Below are positions 58,286-64,000 of a stretch of 64,000 bases of DNA, piece after piece. Numbering within the stretch: position 1 is the stretch's first letter; each line of letters starts with the position of its first letter. Location: the NCBI GenBank assembly GCA_965116925.1, contig OZ220744.1:1920001-1984000 (forward strand). The letters are read 5' to 3'. The DNA comes from Candidatus Poribacteria bacterium. GTDB lineage: Bacteria; Poribacteria; WGA-4E; PCPOR2b. Below the pieces are notes generated by a model that had not been told where the DNA came from, did not search any database, and was given only the letters and a program-made list of their open reading frames with translations. Position numbers and translations under genes: made by a program.

Positions 58286-58776
58286 TATTGAACAACCTCC
58301 TAAATAGGTTATTAAATATTTGGTGTATACAGATACAAACGAACTGTCTTCCCTGCAAATCTCCTCCTAGCTCACTCTATCAAGGTTGAACCCTGATGAA
58401 ATTGGGAGTTGAAGTAGTGATAGATGCAGGGATTACTAGCCCCTTTGTAATATCAATGTTACATTAACACTGAATTTTAGCAAAAGTTACTAAATAATGC
58501 AAGCCCTAAAATGAATCAAACTTTCAGAATAGCTATGAAAACCTGCGTAAACAGCCTCGAATAATCATTAATTTGACTCTTTAATCCTATAGGGTTACGC
58601 TTACTTGGTTTCCTGCACAGATGCTTATACTGCTAATCCGGCAAGATCGAAAACGAAAATTCCTTGAGTTTGCCACTGTTTTTTGATACACTACACTTGA
58701 AACGAGTAGGAACGAATCTATCTGTTCGCCCTATCAGGCGATACACACAGATACACCACCACTTTGGGAGGTTTGA

Positions 58777-59376
58777 ATGTCAGAAGCGGTCAGTGACACG
58801 ACGGTTGAAAACTACAAAGGTCTCTTGCAACAGTATTGTCAGCAGCGAGCGTTAGGGGACTTAATCTATGAAACGGATCAACAGGGAACGTCCAATGAGC
58901 CGAGTTGGACGGTCACGGTTAAGTATGGAGAAACGACCTACACCACACCCGCGCCAATTCGTGGATCCAAGCGCTGGGCGGAAAAGATGGCAGCCAAGCA
59001 GGTCCTAGAACAGATAGAATCCCACCAAGAAGCATTTCTAGCGGGTAATTCTGTTGATGCAGCCGAGACACACGAACAAGCAAAGGAAGTGTCGCCTCCA
59101 GAACCCCTTTATGTGCCGACCGAGCTTGTTACCACGGTGCTTGGCATTGCTAACCATCGTTTGGCGGGACTGCAGCGCGGCACTCGTTACCGTGACTCGG
59201 CAGAATCCAAGCAAGGCAACCAAGCGTTTGCACAGCACCTAGCGGAGCTCACAATGCAGATTGTCCGTGAGGTTGCTAACGCTGCAGAGGCTTCCGGCGT
59301 GAAGTTTGGTGACAAATCGCAACCTGAATCTGATGAAGTTGGGAGTATATCAAAAGGAAGGATGAATAATGTCTGA
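58777..59376 (+). CDS. Stand-alone double-stranded RNA-binding motif (dsRBD) protein with helical C-terminal domain
   Basis: [13 protein letters not shown]....[10 protein letters not shown]....[18 protein letters not shown] fits the dsRBD pattern. No RNase III signature. GGAGG RBS. Confidence 0.8.
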   Translation: MSEAVSDTTVENYKGLLQQYCQQRALGDLIYETDQQGTSNEPSWTVTVKYGETTYTTPAPIRGSKRWAEKMAAKQVLEQIESHQEAFLAGNSVDAAETHEQAKEVSPPEPLYVPTELVTTVLGIANHRLAGLQRGTRYRDSAESKQGNQAFAQHLAELTMQIVREVANAAEASGVKFGDKSQPESDEVGSISKGRMNNV

Positions 59377-61435
59377 TAACCCGAAGCATACCAACCGACT
59401 CATTAATGAGACGAGCCCCTACCTTCTGCAACACGCCCACAATCCTGTGGATTGGTATCCGTGGGGCGAAGAAGCACTCGCACAAGCCGAACAGCTGGAC
59501 AAACCGATCCTATTGAGCATCGGCTACGCTGCCTGCCACTGGTGTCATGTCATGGAACATGAATCTTTCGAGAACGAACAGATTGCTGCAATCATGAATG
59601 AGTATTTCATTAATATTAAGGTGGATCGTGAAGAGCGGCCAGATTTGGACGAAATTTACATGAACGCTGTCCAAATGCTTACGGGACAAGGCGGTTGGCC
59701 CATGACCATGTTTCTGACACCGGATCTAAAACCGTTTTACGGCGGCACCTACTTCCCTCCCGATAACCGCTACGGTCGTCCGGGGTTTCCGCGTGTGCTA
59801 CTTGGCGTTGCAGAGGCGTACCGGGAGCGTCGTGATGCGGTGGGGGAACAAGCAGATCAGATTATTGGCAACCTGAATCAGTTGTCAGCAATGGAAGGGC
59901 ATGGACATCAGTTGACAGCGGACATGCTGGATCGGGCGTATCAAGATTATCTATCACGGTTCGATCATCATGAGGGTGGGTTTGGCAACGCGCCTAAATT
60001 TCCACCGAGCATGGGACTCTTGCTCCTGTTGCGGCATTGGCATCGCACAGGTAATGCCAACGCGCTTAATATGGTCGAAATGACATTGGAGAAGATGGCG
60101 CGGGGCGGGATGTATGACCAACTCGGAGGCGGATTTCATCGCTATTCGGTTGATGAGAGGTGGCTTGTTCCGCACTTTGAGAAGATGCTGTACGACAACG
60201 CGCTGTTAAGCGTCGCTTACTTGGAAGCATATCAGGCGACGGGAAAAGCCTTTTATCGCCAAATCGCCACGGAAACGCTAGACTACGTTTTGGCTGAGAT
60301 GTATGATACGGAAAATGGCGGCTTTTACTCAACACAGGATGCAGATAGTGAAGGGGTTGAGGGCAAATTTTTTGTTTGGATGCCAGACGAAGTGGAACAG
60401 CTCCTTGGGGAGGAGAAAGCCAAGATCTTCTGCGAGTATTATGATATTACCGAGATCGGCAATTTTGAACACACAAATATCCTCCATGTCCAGACGCCGG
60501 CAGAACTGTTTGCTAGAAAACTGAGCATAGATCTGGGTGAGCTAGAGGACATACTCGCCGAAGGAAGGCAGAAACTCTTTGAAGTCCGTGAGGGACGGAT
60601 TAAGCCCGGTCTGGACGATAAGATCCTCACAAGTTGGAACGGTTTGATGATTCGGAGCATGGCGATGGGCTATCAGGTCCTCGGCGACGCGCGTTATCGG
60701 GAAGCCGCAGAAAAATCTGTGAGGTTTGTATTATCGGAACTATCCCAAGATGACGGACTGTTGCTCCGTACACACCGTGCAGGCAAAAGCCACTTGAATG
60801 CATACCTTGAGGATTACTCTTACTTCGTCGCCGGCTTAATCAATCTTTATGAAGCTACCTTCGCGGTTGAGTGGCTGAAGGAGGCAGAACGGCTGAACCA
60901 AATCATGATCGAGCAGTTTTGGGACGAAGCAAACGGTAGTTTCTTCTTTACTAGCAAGAACCATGAAACCCTCATCGTCCGATCAAAGACAGGCTATGAT
61001 GGCGCAACCCCCGCCGGTGTGTCGATGGCTATCCATAATTTGCTGCGGCTCGATAAACTGCTCAATCGACCTGATTTCAGGCAGAGGGTGGAGACGACGC
61101 TTGATGTCTATTATCATCAGATTGAGCATTCGCCCAGCGGATCAGCACAGATGTTGTGTGAACTTGATTTTCTGCTATCCACTCCTAAAGAGATTGCGAT
61201 TGCCGGTCAACAGGAAAATGAGGATACGCAGACTGCGTTGGCAGCTGTTCATAGCCGCTATATTCCCAACAAGGTGCTCGCTTTGGCTAGTGACGGAGAA
61301 GATGTTGGCGATTTGATTCCACTTCTTGAAGGCAAGACGCAGGTTGATGGAAAGGCGACAATCTATGTGTGTGAGAGCTACACTTGCCAAGCCCCGACAA
61401 CGGATATAGACGAATTGGCGGAGCTGCTTCAGTAG
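59369..61435 (+). CDS. Thioredoxin-domain protein, YyaL/SPATA20 family
   Basis: [51 protein letters not shown]. Confidence 0.95.
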   Translation: MSDNPKHTNRLINETSPYLLQHAHNPVDWYPWGEEALAQAEQLDKPILLSIGYAACHWCHVMEHESFENEQIAAIMNEYFINIKVDREERPDLDEIYMNAVQMLTGQGGWPMTMFLTPDLKPFYGGTYFPPDNRYGRPGFPRVLLGVAEAYRERRDAVGEQADQIIGNLNQLSAMEGHGHQLTADMLDRAYQDYLSRFDHHEGGFGNAPKFPPSMGLLLLLRHWHRTGNANALNMVEMTLEKMARGGMYDQLGGGFHRYSVDERWLVPHFEKMLYDNALLSVAYLEAYQATGKAFYRQIATETLDYVLAEMYDTENGGFYSTQDADSEGVEGKFFVWMPDEVEQLLGEEKAKIFCEYYDITEIGNFEHTNILHVQTPAELFARKLSIDLGELEDILAEGRQKLFEVREGRIKPGLDDKILTSWNGLMIRSMAMGYQVLGDARYREAAEKSVRFVLSELSQDDGLLLRTHRAGKSHLNAYLEDYSYFVAGLINLYEATFAVEWLKEAERLNQIMIEQFWDEANGSFFFTSKNHETLIVRSKTGYDGATPAGVSMAIHNLLRLDKLLNRPDFRQRVETTLDVYYHQIEHSPSGSAQMLCELDFLLSTPKEIAIAGQQENEDTQTALAAVHSRYIPNKVLALASDGEDVGDLIPLLEGKTQVDGKATIYVCESYTCQAPTTDIDELAELLQ

Positions 61436-61483
61436 AGGGATAGGCCTAGGTGCCCAATCTATAGATGACACGAGGAGCCGATT

Positions 61484-61975
61484 GTGAACGAAGATGAACT
61501 TGAACGGAGAGAACAAGCATTACTTTATTTGCTGGAGGGGGAAACGCACCAGATGCGTGGCGAGTTTGGACGCGCGATTGCGTTGTATATGAAGTCGATT
61601 GCCCTCTATCCTACGGCGAAAGCGCACACATGGCTTGGTTGGACATACAGCATGATGGGACGCTTCCAAGACTCGATTGATGAATGCCACAAAGCGATTC
61701 GTCTGGACGCCGATTTTGGTAATCCCTATAACGACATCGGTGCGTGTCTGATTCAGCTTGGCGAATACGATGCCGCTATCCCTTGGTTGGAGAAAGCGAT
61801 TGAAGCACCGGATTATGAGGCGCGGTGCCATCCTCACATGAATCTGGGGCGTGTCTGGGAGCATCGGTTGGAATGGGATAAAGCGATTGAAAGCTACAAA
61901 CGGGCTTTATATGAAAGCCCTGATTATGAACCCGCATTTGTCGCACTTAGAAAGTTACGGGCGAAGCTGAATTAG
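61484..61975 (+). CDS. Tetratricopeptide repeat protein
   Basis: About four TPRs (AHTWLGWTYSMMG, GNPYNDIGACL). AGGAG RBS. Confidence 0.9.
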   Translation: MNEDELERREQALLYLLEGETHQMRGEFGRAIALYMKSIALYPTAKAHTWLGWTYSMMGRFQDSIDECHKAIRLDADFGNPYNDIGACLIQLGEYDAAIPWLEKAIEAPDYEARCHPHMNLGRVWEHRLEWDKAIESYKRALYESPDYEPAFVALRKLRAKLN

Positions 61976-62301
61976 GGCGTGTTGACGTTTGGCAGCACGT
62001 AGGTTGGGTTGAACGGGAAACCGTGAAACCCAACAATATCCCCTCGCCGTAGGTCAGGCATCTTGCCCGATTTACAAAGTCCCAGCGGGGCGACATACGT
62101 AAAGGTAGCAGGCATACTCCGTATGCCGTAACTAGCAGTATCCTGTAGGTTACACAATACATGAGCCAAAAGCAGATAGCCTTTTGTACCACGATCTGTT
62201 AGATTGTGATCGCAAACTAACAGATCGCGCTACTTATGGCAGATTGCCTGATGCTTACAGCGTTTGCCGAATCAGCAGCTTCAAGATGTCAACACGCCCT
62301 A
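61973..62301. mobile_element. MITE I (IS5-like ends, TA target) packed with at least five different REP-like modules
   Basis: Perfect 14-bp IR TAGGGCGTGTTGAC / GTCAACACGCCCTA. Left end coincides with the TPR stop codon. Confidence 0.85.
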
Positions 62302-62330
62302 GCAATTTAGGTTAAAACAAGGAGAAAACT

Positions 62331-63995
62331 ATGGCAATTTTGGAAGGTGGTCAGATTATTACAAAGGTCCTGAAGCAGGAGAATGTAGAATATCTCTTTA
62401 CACTCTGTGGTGGGACAATCGAATCAATTTACGAAGGGTGCCTAAACGACGGCATCAAGATCATCGACACACGCATAGATCCATCTGCGACGATGATGGC
62501 GGATGCGTATGCGCGGGTCACCGGCGGCGTCGGTGTCAGCGGGGTTACCCGCGGGCCGGGGCACGCTGCGATGATCTACGGGCTAGCGACAGCACACATG
62601 ATGGGCAGCCCACTCTACTCGATCAGTGGCAACAGCGATGCAGATCAGATCGACATGGGCGGTTCTCAGGAATACAATCAGACCGGGTTGGTCAAGCCGA
62701 TTACCAAGTGGACACGGTTAGTCGCGCAGACAGACCGGCTGCCGGAGTATGTCGGCACCGGATTCCGTAAGGCGTTGGGCGGACGTCCGGGCCCCGTCCA
62801 TCTGAACGTGCCTTATGATGTTTTGTACGACAAGATCGACGATGCAGAAATTGATTATCCTGCACCGGCAAACTCCCGTGCGAACGGCAGAGTCCACGGC
62901 GACCCGGAACAGATAGATCGCGCCTTGAAGTTGTTGGCGGGTGCAGAGAGCCCGGTCATTATCGCCGCGGGTGCGACCCACTGGCAGAACGCCGCAGGCG
63001 CACTCTTAGATTTTGTGGAGACAACAGGGATACCCTTTTTCTCAAGGGGCGGAGATGTCAACGCAATTACCCGTCCGCATCCGCTCTTTTTTGGGATGGC
63101 GAGCACCCGATTCGGCAACGCATCAAAGGAGCTGCGTAATGCCGATGTGGTACTTGCCTTGGGGGTTAAATTCGACACAAACATCAGCTACGGCAAACCG
63201 CCGCTCTTTCACGAGGAAGCTAAGTTTATCTGCGTCGATATCGATGCGGAGGAGATGGGCAAGAACCGCCCCTTTGATGTCGGTATCATCGGCGATCTAC
63301 AACCCGTCCTGAACGAGATGACAAACGGCGTTTCCCGACACGATTTTCACAAACCGACAGATTGGGTTGAACGGCTGAACCTCGTCCGTCAAGGTTTTCG
63401 GCAACGTCTCGCTGAAGCGGAGAACTCCGACGGCGTGCCCGTTCATCCGCTGCGTATCTGCAAGGAGGTTCGTGAACTCTTCGGGGATGATGCCACAATC
63501 TCTCTTGATGGTGGAGATGCTTCGCTCTTTTCACACATGGCACTTGATCACTACCATCCACCTTACTTACTGTTCACAGGGCCCATCGGTGGGATTGGGC
63601 AGGGAGTCCCCTTCGCATTGGCGGGTAAGGTGGCGAGACCGGATCATCCGAGCGTCTTAATTACCGGCGACGGCTCCTTCGGTTACGGTATCATCGAGTA
63701 TGATACCGCACTCAAGCATGACCTGCCGATTATTTCAGTCGTCTCAAGCGATGAGGCGTGGGGTATTGTGAGGCACCCACAGATCCAACGCTACGGTTTG
63801 GATCGTGCTGTCGCGACGGATCTCCGGGCGGTTAGTTATGAACGGGTTGCCGAAGCATTGGATTGTTACGGTGAACTTGTCACAAAACCTGATGAGATTG
63901 GTCCGGCACTGCAGCGCGCTGCCGACTCCGGCAGACCGGCGGTAATTAATGTCCCGACAATCTTTACGAGTGCAGCAGCGTACTGTCCACAATAG
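62331..63995 (+). CDS. Thiamine diphosphate-dependent enzyme (acetolactate synthase/2-hydroxyacyl-CoA lyase-like)
   Basis: FTLCGG, MADAYAR.TG, GPG, RPGPVHL, PVHPLR, ITGDGSFG. AAGGAG RBS. Confidence 0.9.
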   Translation: MAILEGGQIITKVLKQENVEYLFTLCGGTIESIYEGCLNDGIKIIDTRIDPSATMMADAYARVTGGVGVSGVTRGPGHAAMIYGLATAHMMGSPLYSISGNSDADQIDMGGSQEYNQTGLVKPITKWTRLVAQTDRLPEYVGTGFRKALGGRPGPVHLNVPYDVLYDKIDDAEIDYPAPANSRANGRVHGDPEQIDRALKLLAGAESPVIIAAGATHWQNAAGALLDFVETTGIPFFSRGGDVNAITRPHPLFFGMASTRFGNASKELRNADVVLALGVKFDTNISYGKPPLFHEEAKFICVDIDAEEMGKNRPFDVGIIGDLQPVLNEMTNGVSRHDFHKPTDWVERLNLVRQGFRQRLAEAENSDGVPVHPLRICKEVRELFGDDATISLDGGDASLFSHMALDHYHPPYLLFTGPIGGIGQGVPFALAGKVARPDHPSVLITGDGSFGYGIIEYDTALKHDLPIISVVSSDEAWGIVRHPQIQRYGLDRAVATDLRAVSYERVAEALDCYGELVTKPDEIGPALQRAADSGRPAVINVPTIFTSAAAYCPQ

Positions 63996-64000
63996 GCTCT

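Noticed and set aside
58286..58776. ncRNA or MITE in the divergent intergenic region
   Set aside because: Only degenerate fragments (TGCGTAA near 58544, a decayed GTAG hairpin near 58706). No paired TIRs or recognisable RNA family.

Overview
Bacterial chromosomal window of roughly 50% GC with about 45 protein genes and no rRNA, tRNA or CRISPR array that I can see. The gene content suggests a Candidatus Poribacteria-like (sponge-symbiont-type) genome; this is inference, not a database result. It rests on PhyH dioxygenases, Sel1/TPR/Kelch/TolB-like repeat proteins, three DUF6785/OPT-like permeases, an alpha-2-macroglobulin and C-terminal QNFPNPFNPETWIPY domains. Main observations: (1) An 11.8-kb minus-strand array of eight secreted proteins; seven of them, across three unrelated folds, share a short C-terminal tag [SA]V[ES]xxxKxxTT[WL]GxxK. 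The tag sits either at the C-terminus or just before a FlgD/T9SS-like C-terminal domain and is a candidate protein-sorting signal. (2) Many of the larger intergenic gaps hold miniature inverted-repeat elements from at least nine unrelated TIR families, and these shells carry GTAG-type REP-like or related hairpins as cargo, with nesting, tandem insertion at one target and stacked ends. (3) An AT-rich two-gene islet between a DRG-type GTPase and mutY: a frameshifted ART-like toxin candidate translationally coupled to a DUF6575-like gene. (4) A CE7 esterase/pseudo-esterase pair, a stand-alone dsRBD protein coupled to YyaL, a ThDP enzyme lacking the canonical Glu, an unannotated 43-aa membrane protein, one intact IS701-like element and a decayed relative that truncates a DUF2971 gene.
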